Shown here piece after piece: positions 1 through 12,720 of a stretch of 41,013 nucleotides of DNA (its first letter is position 1; each line of letters starts with the position of its first letter). Source of the stretch: Octopus sinensis. Taxonomy: Eukaryota. The notes beneath the pieces are model-generated. The model did no database searches, was not told the DNA's origin, and saw nothing but the letters and a program-made list of their open reading frames with translations. The DNA is taken from contig NW_021835300.1 in NCBI RefSeq assembly GCF_006345805.1, positions 1 to 41,013 of the forward strand, read 5' to 3'. The translations under genes were made by a program, and so were the position numbers.

Positions 1-229
1 TTGCGTGTATATTTTTACATAATGCCCTTAATGTACAAAACAACTCGTAGTTTAAAATATTGCAACGCTTCTGTTTTTCAAAATTTTAATTTATTCTCTA
101 TTAATTAAGCAACAACCTACATTTCTCTGTGCACCTAGCGACCTCAAGAGGAAAGAGATTATTCTGCGCTAAAAATTGATATTTATCCACCATATTAGAA
201 TACTTTCTGTTGATAGATCGGCAGAAGTG

Positions 230-426
230 TAGCGAGTGGGAACAGGCGTGCCAGAGAATTCGACCCAACGTTTCCTCTGCATGTCGTAAAAAGGAGACTA
301 AAAGGGGTTAAGGTAGGATTCTCGTACTCCAGCCTTATAAAACCCTCACCAGCAAGGACTGCACAAAAACAGACGCATGTGTTGGAGGGTTGTTGCCAGA
401 GTGGTGCGAAGGGGTCAGCCGTCAGG
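230..426 (+). mobile_element. Unclassified retroelement-like fragment
   Basis: GC-richer non-repetitive block containing GTCGTAAAAAGGAGACTAAAAGGGG, which resembles motifs I recall from invertebrate LINE 5'UTRs/SINE central domains; family not assignable by eye. Confidence 0.25.
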
Positions 427-493
427 AATTGTTTGTAAGGAAAAACTAACGAATGGGGGATGCAGCGACACGCTGTTACACTGCATGGCCTCA

Positions 494-541
<48 letters not shown>
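494..541. repeat. (CTA)n microsatellite
   Basis: Perfect CTA run. Confidence 0.95.
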
Positions 542-542
<1 letters not shown>

Positions 543-543
<1 letters not shown>

Positions 544-725
544 TTGATAGAATCGTTACAGCGTCGAAGAAATGCTTTGCGGGATTCATTCCGGCTCTGT
601 ATGTTTTGGGTTCAAACCCGATCGAGGTCAACTTCGTCTTACATCTCTCTGGAATCGATAACATAAAGTATCAGAAAAGTACAGGGGTTGATGGCACCGA
701 CTCCACCTCCTCCTTTCAAAATAGT
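543..725 (+). mobile_element. M-type tRNA-derived SINE, degenerate
   Basis: AGAATCGTTA..GAAATGCTT..GGGTTCAAACCCGATCGAGGTCAACTT..TCGATAACATAAAGTATCAG is colinear with the better copy at 32068-32222. Confidence 0.75.
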
Positions 726-963
726 CGTCCTTCTGCTTATTTTAAGGGATTTTAGCTGTTTTTCTACAGAGTTTCATGTTCCATAATCTCGATGCAGCGA
801 AGTAATTCAATGATGTCTGACCCCTGGAACGGTTTTAGGGTTTTTAGGGCTCATTCAAGAAAGAAGAGGTTTTTGACTCCTTTTAGGCGCTCTAGGAGAG
901 GTGAGAAGGGTGGAAGTTATCTTCAAACTAGAGACTTTGCCTGAGTGCTTCTAACTGAGTGAA

Positions 964-1270
964 GGCGCGTGGCTTAGTGGTTAGGGGTATTCGGCCCACG
1001 GTTGTAAGGTTGTGAGTTCAATTCCCGGCTACGCATTGTGTCCTTGAGCAAGACATTTTATTTAACGTTGCTTCAGTCCACTCAGCTGGCAAAAATTAGT
1101 AGTACCAGTAATTCAAAGGGGCCAGCCTTGTCACACTGAATCTCATCGAGAACCACGTTAAGAGCACACGTGTCTGTGGAGTGCTCAGCCACTTGCACAT
1201 TACTTTCTCGGGCAGACTGTTTCGTTGATCGGATCAACTGGAACTTTCGACGTCGTAACCGACGGAGTGC
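964..1270 (+). mobile_element. R-type (OR-like) tRNA-derived SINE, full length, with 18-bp TSD
   Basis: tRNA head with A-box TGGCTTAGTGG and B-box GAGTTCAATTC, CORE-like GTGTCCTTGAGCAAGACA, 3' end GTAACCGACGGAGTGC; direct repeat GAGTGCTTCTAACTGAGT at 943-960 and 1265-1282. Confidence 0.9.
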
Positions 1271-1384
1271 TTCTAACTGAGTAAACCCTCTACCACCACT
1301 AAAGGTACCCAAGAACGAGGAGATGGTAATAAATCCGTGGACTGATCAAATCTACCCGCCACCCCGAGAACAGAAAAGGTCCTT

Positions 1385-1520
1385 CTCTCAGTTTTACACA
1401 GAGTTCCTGTCAACCAAAGCCACTCAAAAGGCTTTGGTGGACTTGGAACTGTGATAGAAGACTCTCGCCGTGAAACGTCGCGAAATGCGATGGAATCCAC
1501 GAAGCCACGTATTTACCTGT
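1385..1520 (-). mobile_element. K-type SINE 5' fragment, degenerate
   Basis: CAACCAAAGCCACTCAAAAGGCTTTGGTGG..TAGAAGAC matches the head of the 33400-33773 copy. Confidence 0.6.
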
Positions 1521-1587
1521 CGAACTCCTCAACCTCACAGACTTACCTGTCTTAACCATTTATTCTCTATTGTGGTGATGGTGATGA

Positions 1588-1885
1588 ATCTCCGTCGTTC
1601 AACGACGAGGATCCATTTATCCGATCAACTGAATCACTTGGCTCAGAGTAACGTGTAACTGGCTGAATACACCACAGACACGTGTACTCTTAACGTACTT
1701 CTCAGACAGAGTCATCATGGCACCGTGCAGAACGTGGACGTACGTTCCGAATTCCAGTACAATTCACTCGGAAGGTTTCTTCTTTACAGTCGACCTGAGA
1801 CTATAAAATTACTTTTGCCCAAGATGCTCCGCAATGAGATCGAACCTAAAACCTCGTATTTACGAAACGGACATCTTAGCCAACA
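1588..1885 (-). mobile_element. R-type SINE, degenerate, inverted relative to 964-1270
   Basis: CTCCGTCGTTCAACGACGAGG..CCGATCAAC..CACAGACACGTGTACTCTTAACGTA is the reverse complement of 1150-1270. Confidence 0.75.
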
Positions 1886-2054
1886 CCCTGCCACATTGTT
1901 CTTCTATACTCTATTATACACACATATATAAAAGGAAATTTGAAAGTATGCATGTGTATATAATGTGTATATCAATCGTTTATCATGTCTCGTCTCACAT
2001 ATAATTGGTTTCCGCTCATTTCGCACGATCTCAATTAATCTCACTTCCGGAGAA

Positions 2055-2746
<692 letters not shown>

Positions 2747-2761
2747 TATATATACATTCAA

Positions 2762-2786
2762 TATGCATGTGTGTGTGTGTATATAT

Positions 2787-2829
<43 letters not shown>

Positions 2830-2948
2830 ATATGTGATAAGAATATATGCGCATGTGTACACACACACACACTCAAACACATATACATGTTAATACATAT
2901 GCATATCCATCCATCCATACATATATATAAATATATATAATGTGTTTG

Positions 2949-2979
<31 letters not shown>

Positions 2980-3032
2980 TTGTGTGTATGTGTGTAACTG
3001 TGTGTAACTGTGTGTGTGTGTGTGTGTGTGTG
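2762..3032. repeat. Mixed (GT)/(AT)/(CA) microsatellites
   Basis: Direct reading. Confidence 0.9.
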
Positions 3033-3769
3033 TCTTCATAGGTTACTTATATCATGCATTGATACAGTGTGGACTGAGATCCCCATTGACTGGCCCCTGA
3101 TATTTAAAATAAACTGTTAACAATTAAGGTATGCATATTAATAGCCCCACTTTTCAGTGCCTACTAGATTTGTCGAGTAAATAAACAAATTGGCTGGTGG
3201 TCCTGGGATTGGTCGAATTGATACAGACATCTTCTGACGAGAATTCAATAAGGCTCGAAAATCGATTAAGTCTGTTCTTCATTTCTTTCAATCTGTAGAG
3301 GAAATAGTTACACTTGCTCTGTTTGTATGTCTGCTATGCTGGTTACACACACAACACATGCATATATATATATATTATATAATATATATATATATTATAT
3401 ATAATATATATATATATATATTATATATATATAATATATAGATATAAATAACGAAGACATGATACGATGTAGGTAAAGATATTTGAGGAATATGAAAAGT
3501 TTACACGAAACTGATTATTTCTCCAAAAACTATGTTACTGTATGAAAAAAATTTTCTAACATTTTTCTAACATAATGACCTAAATATATTCTTTAACCTT
3601 ATAAAACAAGCCTTCTGTAGTTTTTCACTCTTTTCTATTTTTTATACATCCAACCACGTGCTTTCACACACCACCTTTCTCACCTATATATATATATATA
3701 TATATACACACATGTATATGTATATATATATATACTCCTCAGACGGCCTAACTTTGGCAGCATACTTTT

Positions 3770-4070
3770 ACCACCATTGGTAGTATTAGAAAATATGGCA
3801 AACACACAATAATAATAATAATTTAAGTTCTATCAAATTTCTTGGTGTTTATAACAGAATGATGAAATGAATACTAATCTTGGAAGAAAAATATTTATTC
3901 TCTTAAAATAATGAAATCAAATAAAACAAATTTCTCATTTGTATATTTGCAATAAATATGTTATTATTTTTCTGAATGTTATCAACATCCTCGCAATCTA
4001 CTCCACCGAAAAACCTATCTCGGCAAAATCTCATTTAAAAAATATGCATTTTTCTGTAAATTATAAGACA
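3770..4070. mobile_element. Unclassified AT-rich dispersed repeat (second copy inverted at 29005-29330)
   Basis: Reverse complement is colinear with 29005-29330 (e.g. TTTTCGGTGGA.TAGATTGCGA.GATGTTG; TTTATTGCAAATA.ACAAATGAGAAATTT); DNA-transposon origin is inference. Confidence 0.7.
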
Positions 4071-4094
4071 CTCACACTGCACCTCTTATGCTAA

Positions 4095-4655
4095 TTCTCT
4101 CTGTATTTCTCTTTTGCTCTCTCTCTCTCTCTCTCTCTCTCCCCTCTCTTTCTCTTTTGCTCTCTCTCTTTCTCTTTTGCTCTCTGTCTTTCTCTTTTAC
4201 TCTCTCTCTTTCTTTCTCTTTTGCTCTCTCTCTTTCTCTTTTGCTCTCTCTCTTTCTCTTTTGCTCTCTCTCTCTTTCCCTTTTGCTCTCTCTCTCTCTC
4301 TTTCTCTTTTGCTCTTTCTCTCTCTTTCTTTTTTGCCCTCTCTCTCTCTTTCTCTTTTACTCTCTGTCTTTCTCTTTTGCTCTCTCTCTCTTTCTCTTTT
4401 ACTCTCTCTCTTTCTCTTTTGCTTTCTCTCTCTTTCTCTTTTACTCTCTCTCCTTCTTTCTCTTTTGCTCTCTCTCTTTCTCTTTTGCTCTCTCTCTCTC
4501 TTTCTCTTTTGCTCTCTCTCTCTCTTTCTCTTTTACTTTCTCTCTCTCTCCCTTCTCTTTTACTCTCTCTCTCCCTCTCTCTCTCTTTCTCTTTTACTCT
4601 CTCTCTCTCTCTCTCTCTTTCTCTTTAGTTCTCTCTCTCTTTCTCTCTTTCTCTG
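4095..4655. repeat. Polypyrimidine minisatellite, unit ~TTTCTCTTTTRCTCTC(TC)n
   Basis: Recurrent TTTCTCTTTT[G/A]CTCTC with variable CT runs; explains ORFs 4088-4672. Confidence 0.95.
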
Positions 4656-4682
4656 AACAATGTAAAACGTGACTGGAGAAAT

Positions 4683-4905
4683 CAACCAACCAGCTAACCA
4701 ACCGACCGACCCACCAGCCAGCCAGCCAGCCAGCCAGCCAACTAACCGACCAATCACATGACCAACCGACCAAGCAAGCAAGCAAGCAAGCAAGCAACCA
4801 GCCAACCGACCAAACAAGCACTCAAATAAGCAAGCAACTGACCAAGTAAGCAACCGACCAGGCAAGCAGCCAAGCAGCCAAGCAGCCAACCAGCAAGCAA
4901 GCAAA
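4683..4905. repeat. Imperfect tetranucleotide repeat (CCAA/GCCA/GCAA)
   Basis: Direct reading. Confidence 0.9.
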
Positions 4906-5415
4906 GCTGACAACAATTACATCAGCGATTATGAAATTAAGATTTTACAAAATAAACACAGCTGAAAGCAGCTTCTTCCTGTTGCTATTCTCTCACCCAT
5001 GGATGGATACTTCAGAAGAGGAAAAGAAATCGATGGAGTCCATTCGTCGCGCTGGTGTCTGCGATGAATTAATATAAATTCCAGAATAAGTTGTAAAAAC
5101 GAACATTAAAACAAGACTCAAAGAGAAAAATTCAATAATTCTTCAGAAAGCGTTAATTAACAACCATTGTAACCGCAATTCAACATTGGTATGGTTAATT
5201 AAAAATATTGTTATAGCAATAAAAGACGATATAAATGTTAATTAGTGAATAAATATTGTCGTTAATTCTGTCCGTTGCGGCAGGGCTGCGGTGGTGCTAC
5301 GGAGAGAATAAGGTTAATAAATGAAGGCGTTGAAGGTTCGAATCGTACCTTTGGCATTGCGCTTATAACTATCGCGAAAACGACTCAACTACACATGTGT
5401 GCGAATCCGTGTAGC

Positions 5416-5607
5416 CTTTACTTGTTTCAGTCATTGGACTGCGGCCATGCTGGGACATTATCTTTAAGGGTTTAGTCGAACAAATCGACCCACGTACATT
5501 TTTGTGAAAGTCTGGTACTCTTTTGCTGAACTGCCTTGATTACGGGGAAATAAACAAACCAAGACCAGTTGTCAAGCAATGGGGGTCAAACACAAACACA
5601 AACACAC

Positions 5608-5610
<3 letters not shown>
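5416..5610 (-). mobile_element. K-type SINE 3' half
   Basis: TTTACTTGTTTCAGTCATTGGACTGCGGCCATGCTGG..TTTAGTCGAACAAATCGACCC is the reverse complement of 39850-39914. Confidence 0.8.
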
Positions 5611-5639
<29 letters not shown>

Positions 5640-6034
5640 GCGAACAACTAACTACCTCATACCTAAGCAGGATTCGAAAGCGAACCCACATTTTGCCACA
5701 ATCATCGGCCTATTGTTTTCGCCTGTTGCATAAGGAAATTATGACTTCTTGGTCTGACTTCTTAGTCTTTTACGAGTCATACATAAGTCAGAACACATGC
5801 AAACAAATGGTATGGCTTTAATTGTAGAGAAATTTAGCTGCTATTTCTGGCAGATCAGGCGAAAACAAAAGAATGTGTCCATCTGAGATAACAATGTTTT
5901 ATATTTGACACAAAATGATGGAACGCTGGTTGGGGGTGGGGTGGGGCTAAACTACATCGATCTCTGACTAGGTAAGTGATAGATATTTCATCGATCTATC
6001 GGAAAAATAAAGACCAAAGTCCCGTGCATCGCGT

Positions 6035-6045
6035 TTGTGTGTGTA

Positions 6046-6078
<33 letters not shown>

Positions 6079-6446
6079 AGTATGTGTGCCTGTATGTATG
6101 TATGTATGTATGCGCGCATGTATGTATGTGTGTGTATGTATGTATGTATGTGTGTATGTATGTATGTGTGTATGTATGTATTTATGTATGTATGTATATG
6201 TGTATGTATGTATGTATGTATGCATGTATGTGTGTATGTATGTATGTATGTATGCATGTATGTGTGTATGTATGTATGTGTGTATGTATTTATGTATGTA
6301 TGTATGTGTGTGTGTGTGTATGTATGTATGTGTGTATATATGTATGTGTGTATGTATGTATGTGTGTTTGTGTGCATGCAGTGTGTGTGTGTTGTGTATG
6401 TATGTATGTGTGTATGTATGTATGTATGTGTGTGTGTGTGTGTGTA
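6035..6446. repeat. (TATG)n/(TG)n microsatellite
   Basis: Direct reading. Confidence 0.95.
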
Positions 6447-6676
6447 CATTGGTCAGAGGATGCGAAGAGAGAGAGACGGGGTAGACGAGAGATAAGGTAA
6501 AGAGAGAGAGGTAGGGAGGAGTGAGAGGGAACTGGGGGTGGAATAGGTGTCCCTGCTACCACACCCATTCTTAACCCTACCCGTACCCTTGCCTACACCC
6601 GTAAACACTCCGCCGTTATCCTTCCCCAACACCGTCTCTCGGCTTGTTATGTAACCCAACATCCACTCTCATCATA

Positions 6677-8265
6677 CCACCATCACCACCACCACCACCA
6701 CCACCACCACCACCACCACCACCACCACCACTTCTACCATCACCACCACCACCACCACCACCACCACCGTCACCACTACCACCACCATCGCACCACCCCA
6801 ATCGCCACCACCCCCCTCATCACCACCACCACCCCACCACCACCACCCGTCAACACTACCACCACCATCGCCACCACCCCAATCACCACCACCACCCTCA
6901 TCATCCACCAACACCACCACACCCCCCCCACACCACCACCGTCACCACTACCACCCCATCGCCACCACCCCAATCAAACCACCACCCTCATCACCACCAC
7001 CACCACCACCACCACCACCACCACACCGTCACCACTACCACCACCACGCCACCACCCCAATCGCCACCACCACCCTCATCACACCACCACCACCACCACC
7101 ACCACCGTCCCCCCCCACCACCGTCACCACTACCACCACCATCGCCACCACCCCAATCGCCACCACCACACCTCATCACCACACCACCACCACCACACCA
7201 CCACCACACACCCCGTCACCACTGCCACCACCATCGCCACAACCCAATCGCCACCACCACCTCATCACCACACCACCACACCACCACCACCACCGTCACC
7301 ACTACCACCACCATCGCCACCACCCCAATCGCACCACCACCTCATCACCACCACCACCACCACCACCACCACCCGTCACCACTACCACCACCATCGCCAC
7401 CACCCCAATCACCACCACCACCCTCATCACCACCACCACCACCACCACCACCACCACCACCACCGTCACCACTACCACCACCATCGCCACCACCCCAATC
7501 GCCACCACCACCCTCATCACCACCACCACCACCACCACCACCACCACCACCGTCACCACTACCACCACCATCGCCACCACCCCAATCACCACCACCACCC
7601 TCATCACCACCACCACCACCACCACCACCACCACCACCACCGTCACCACTACCACACCATCGCCACCACCCCAATCGCCACCACCACCTCATCACCACCC
7701 CAAACCCCCCCACCACCACCACCACCACCACCGTCACCACTACCACCACATCCGCCACCACCCCAATCGCCACCACCACCCTCATCACCACCACCACCAC
7801 CACACCACCACCGTCACCACTACCCACCATCGCCACCACCCCAATCACCACCAACCACCCTCATCACCACCACCACCACCACCACCACACCACCACCACC
7901 ACCGTCACCACTAACACCACCATCGCCACCACCCCAATCGCCACCACCACCCTCATCACCACCACCACACCACCACCACCACACCACCACCGTCACCACT
8001 ACCACCACCATCGCCACCACCCCAATCCCACCACCACCCTCATCACACCACCACCACCACACCACCACACAAACACCACCGTCACCACTACCACCACCAT
8101 CGCCACCCCCAATCGCCACCACCACCCTCATCACCACCACCACCACCACCACCACCACCACCGTCACCACTACCACCACCATCGCAATCACCACCACCAT
8201 CGCCAACACCACCACCACCACACCACCACCACCACCACATCGCCACCACCACCACCACCACCACT
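6677..8265. repeat. CCA-derived higher-order minisatellite, ~17 units of ~87 bp
   Basis: Anchor CCGTCACCACTACCACCACCATCGCCACCACCCCAAT recurs about 17 times between ~6767 and ~8161, separated by variable (CCA)n. Confidence 0.9.
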
Positions 8266-8489
8266 ACAAAATCTAAAAGAGACACTTCCATCAATTGACC
8301 ACGTCAACGAGAGGTCGCTCGCGTTCTTGAAATTCACACCCGCACATACACAAACACGCATATACATATACATACACACACATATATAGACAATTAGATG
8401 ATGTGGATGAGTGTGTATGTATGTATGTATACATGATGCAAAAATTTTAGATTACAATTGTTTGTCATTCTAAACAGTTTGAAACCTAT

Positions 8490-8550
8490 ATATGTGTATA
8501 TATATAATATATAAATATGTAATATATAGAGAGAGATATGTATATATATA

Positions 8551-8595
<45 letters not shown>

Positions 8596-8815
8596 TGTAT
8601 GTATGTATATATATATATATATATATATTAATATTATATGTATGTATATATGTACGTATGTATTTAGATATATTATGTATATGTGTGTGTATAAAGATAT
8701 CTATATAAATACATACACATATATATGTGCATGTGTATATATATATACATACATATATGTTTGTATATATATATATATATATATATAGCTATGTATGCAT
8801 GTATATATATGTGTG
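8490..8815. repeat. (AT)n-rich microsatellite
   Basis: Direct reading. Confidence 0.9.
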
Positions 8816-8909
8816 TATAAACAATTTACATCGGAAAGCGGCCATTCTTTCTATTTTTGACACAAAAATAGATTTTATATCAACTTTTGTTTTATTACCT
8901 CTAGCTGAC

Positions 8910-8917
8910 ACCACACC

Positions 8918-9002
<85 letters not shown>
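8910..9002. repeat. (CCA)n(CTA)n microsatellite
   Basis: Direct reading. Confidence 0.95.
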
Positions 9003-9003
<1 letters not shown>

Positions 9004-9029
9004 AGCCAATAATAATACTTATCGTTTCT

Positions 9030-9239
9030 ACTCTAAGCACAAGCCCTGAAATTTTGGGGGAAGGGGGACTATTAGATTTCATCGAACCCCAGTGTTTCAC
9101 TGGTACTTAATTTATCGACCCCCGAAAGGAAGAAAAGCAAAGTCGACCTCGGCAGAATTTGGACTGAGGACGTAAGGATGGAGGAAACGCCACTTATGCG
9201 TTTGACCGGCACGCTAACGCTTCGGCCAGCTCACCACCT
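9030..9239 (-). mobile_element. M-type SINE, near full length
   Basis: TGGTACTTAATTTATCGACCCCCGAAAGGA..AAAGTCGACCTCGGCAGAATTTG..GCCAGCTCACCACC. Confidence 0.85.
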
Positions 9240-9360
9240 TCAACAACAACAAAAACGACAACCCCCCCCCCCACCACACACACCTATGTGTATGCGTATA
9301 TTTTTCTGTGTGTGTCTTGGGTCTCTTTCTGTGTCTCCATCTCTTTATCTATTTATCTCT

Positions 9361-9437
<77 letters not shown>

Positions 9438-9578
9438 TTATGTATGAATGTATGTATGTATGTATAAATGTAGGTACGTACGTATGTTATCAGCTTAGCG
9501 GCCTCAATGTAGAGACTAAAATTTTATCTGTGACAAGATATATCACATCCTCACACATACATACATACATACACACAC

Positions 9579-9625
<47 letters not shown>

Positions 9626-9984
9626 TACACACACACACACGCACGCACACACACACATACATGGATCGATTTGGTTTCGTCATTAAAAGCAATCATCAAC
9701 AAGCAATAAATCGATAAACATATGTCGACGACATCATTATTCAATACAGAAAAGTTCTTTATTTCATAAAATTCAAAATAACAACAACAACAACAACAAC
9801 AAAAACAACACGATAGCGACGACGACGACGATGATGACGATGATGATGATGATTTCAATATGATGTATATACATGTATCTGGGTAATGTTTGCAAAGTTT
9901 TTATGGGGACACCTCCTCCCCCTTCTTCCCCCCACTCTGTACCCACAAAATTAGTCCAGAATGTCAGATATCGTCAGTCGTAAA

Positions 9985-10024
9985 CAATATATACACACAC
10001 ATATACGCATACATATATACATTC

Positions 10025-10069
<45 letters not shown>

Positions 10070-10235
10070 GACATATATATATATATAATATATATAATAT
10101 ATATATATATAGATATATATATATATATACATATACACACAGACATATATATATATTTGTATATAGACGCAAATATACATACATGTATATATGTATATGG
10201 TTTATGTATATACATATATAGACAAAATTTTACGC

Positions 10236-10266
<31 letters not shown>

Positions 10267-10431
10267 GTATATATATGTGTGTGTGCATGTATATTCATTA
10301 TATTATATATGTTCATATACAAATATGTATGGATATTTATATAACATATGTACACACACACACACACACACATACCCACACACATAAGTATATTATTCTT
10401 GAAAAAGATTATTTGCAGTGCAGTGTATATA

Positions 10432-10486
<55 letters not shown>

Positions 10487-10530
10487 TGCATATATATATA
10501 TTATATGTATGAATATATGTATGTATAAGT
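9985..10530. repeat. (AT)n/(CA)n microsatellite field
   Basis: Direct reading. Confidence 0.9.
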
Positions 10531-10836
10531 AATAACAAATAGTTTTTCTCCTACTTCTGACAACTTTTATTAATGTGTATATATATATATATATATATAT
10601 ATTCTACTCATATACATACATTACATGTTTTTGCTGTCTGTGTGTCTCTGTATTTGTAAGTATCATTTTTGGTGAATACACAGTCCGTTCCTCTGGTAGA
10701 ACCATCTCGAATATCTGAAGAAATCGGATATTCTTGAAACGTGCCAAGAACTCTATTCAGTCTCCTCGACCAAACTCACTGTAAAGTAAACCTCCTCGAT
10801 TTTCACTTAATAGCAGTTTTAAAAAATATTACCATA

Positions 10837-10848
<12 letters not shown>

Positions 10849-10900
<52 letters not shown>

Positions 10901-10928
10901 GTTTTTGTTGTGGTTGTTGTTGTTGTTC
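10849..10928. repeat. (ATT)n(GTT)n microsatellite
   Basis: Direct reading. Confidence 0.95.
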
Positions 10929-11029
10929 TGTTGATGGTGCTCGTCTTTCCTTGTAGACTGGTGCATACTCTGTGACCTGTTTGTTTATAGTTCTGGCTCT
11001 CAGATCTCACCCTTGGTTCCAACCAAAGT

Positions 11030-11110
11030 CTGTGAAACGCCCTGATATCATTATCAAGAACTTTAAGAGAAAATAAATATATAAATATGATATAGAAATA
11101 CAAAAAACAA
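11030..11110 (+). pseudogene. Short decayed R4/Dong-like endonuclease fragment
   Basis: Translates KRPDIIIKNFKRK*, resembling KPDIVVKDQNNK of the 26139-26954 ORF; very short. Confidence 0.35.
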
Positions 11111-11402
11111 GAAATTAATCGTAAGAAAATACTGTTTCTCTACACACAGCGCACATAATATCTATACTGTTAACGCCTACACACAATGTTTTGGTTTATA
11201 TACATACATACATACACACATACATACATACATACATACATACATACATACATACATACATACACACATACATACATACACACACACAAACATGTATATA
11301 TATATATATATATATATATATTATGGCACCCAGTGTCTACAGACGACCTCGACAAACTTTATCTATCCAGGAAATATCTACACTTCGTGTGCGACCGATA
11401 TC

Positions 11403-11477
<75 letters not shown>

Positions 11478-11579
11478 TATATATATATATATATATAATG
11501 TATGTATGGATGTATGTATGTAGTATGTATGTATGTAGTGTGGTGCACATGTATGTGTGTGTGTGTGTGTGTGTGTATC

Positions 11580-11650
11580 AGCGGAAGGCGAGGATGAAAT
11601 GCGTCGCGATTTCTGTTTCGGCTCAGAGGGTTCTGAGTTCAAATCCTTGG
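11580..11650 (+). mobile_element. M-type SINE head fragment
   Basis: GAAATGCGTCGCGATTTC..GTTCTGAGTTCAAATCC (B-box). Confidence 0.55.
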
Positions 11651-11929
11651 GTAAAATATTAATTATATTTAATATTCATGAAACCAATATTTTTGCCAGC
11701 TTTGGTCACGTGATGATGGTTGGAGTGAGCGCCCACATAAGACCGATTGGCTTGTTTATGGATGGAAAGGGTTTTGTATAGAAATGACCTGTTTACTTGC
11801 CATCCTTACCGGATGTGTGAGATGATACTAAATTAGAGGTGGCAGAGTTGAGGCTTTGCAGTTTTGTGTTTTCAGCTGCCTAGGGTTTGTGTCACGGTTG
11901 GCGACTGGGTATGATGTTGAAATGGTCAC

Positions 11930-12720
11930 GAAAATCTTTTCTTATGTTTGGACTCAGATTTTTAGCTATTTTACTCAACATGCCCAAGTATTGCTTCAAA
12001 ATGTCACACTTCTCAACAAACTCTACTCTATATCTGTTTGACACGTTGCGATATAAGATGGCAGTTTCAACAATCTCCCGAGTATAAGAATATCATTAAG
12101 TCAATTATCCTTCAGTTTCCAGAAATATTCAGACGAAGGTGTGTTTCTAGATTTGAGTGTATTTTCCGTGAGCTCTGTCTGTATCGTTGTTTTTGCTATC
12201 ATCAGCAAATCTTACATTCATCTGATTAGAAGCGTCCTTATGAGACATTTATTCTTAAGTAGAGAAGATGCGTTGCGGCTGTAATTACATTATGGCAATT
12301 GAATGAATGTACTTCTATTCTCTAACTTTGAAATACTATCAAAGCGACTATAGCTAATCTTGACATTGTTCTTATTTTATAGCTTATGAAATTCATGCGT
12401 TACGGAGAAATATTTTATTCACAAGGAGAGCAAATTACAAAGTATACTGAATGCAATATTTATACTGTAGAGGGAGTAATAATGAGATGTATCTGTATCT
12501 CCTGTTTTGTGAGACATACTTTACATACCAAATGTTTTCTTTGAAACCATTTTTATTAATGCGTTATTACTGTAAGGAGCGACTTAATTGAAAAATCCCT
12601 GTTGGATGACAGTTTGTACACTCTGTTACTTCTATTGCCTACTAAGTGGCGAGGAAGAAATATTTGAATTAAAATTTCCTTTAGCATTCTTTTGGGAGGC
12701 AATGCTGCCTACAATCTAAA
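11930..12720 (-). pseudogene. Decayed Penelope-like element (RT thumb, linker, GIY-YIG endonuclease)
   Basis: Minus-strand segments in the expected order: NRSNRVYKLSSN, APYSNNAL/NGFKENI, YSINIA..LLSL*IKYF, HEFHKL*NKNNVKISYS (12397-12347), CNYSRNASSLLKNKCL, TELTENTLKSR, SEYFWKLKDN, EIVETAILYRNVSNRYRVEFVEK; these match PLE motifs as I recall them (HKLHKIFNRNTVKVSYSC; CNC..CPL.GKC; YIGLTE..FK.R; LSKYIWKLK). Confidence 0.7.

Noticed and set aside
4088-4672. Leu/Ser/Phe membrane-like ORFs
   Set aside because: Translations of the CT minisatellite in all frames.
5968-6500. Numerous HT/YI/CV/MYVC-repeat ORFs here and throughout the window
   Set aside because: All are translations of (CA), (TA) and (TATG) microsatellites.
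6677-8265. CRISPR-like repeat/spacer appearance (also 31654-31989)
   Set aside because: The intervening segments are CCA runs or absent rather than unique spacers; the context is eukaryotic and there are no cas genes.
6644-8389. 581-aa Pro/His/Thr-rich ORF (extensin/formin-like)
   Set aside because: (CCA)n cannot generate stops on this strand; the same repeat unit is read in all three frames, and the ORF lacks an ATG start.
10709-10734. Hairpin GAATATC..GATATTC as a terminator
   Set aside because: A 7-bp AT-rich stem is expected by chance, and intrinsic terminators are not relevant in this eukaryotic context.
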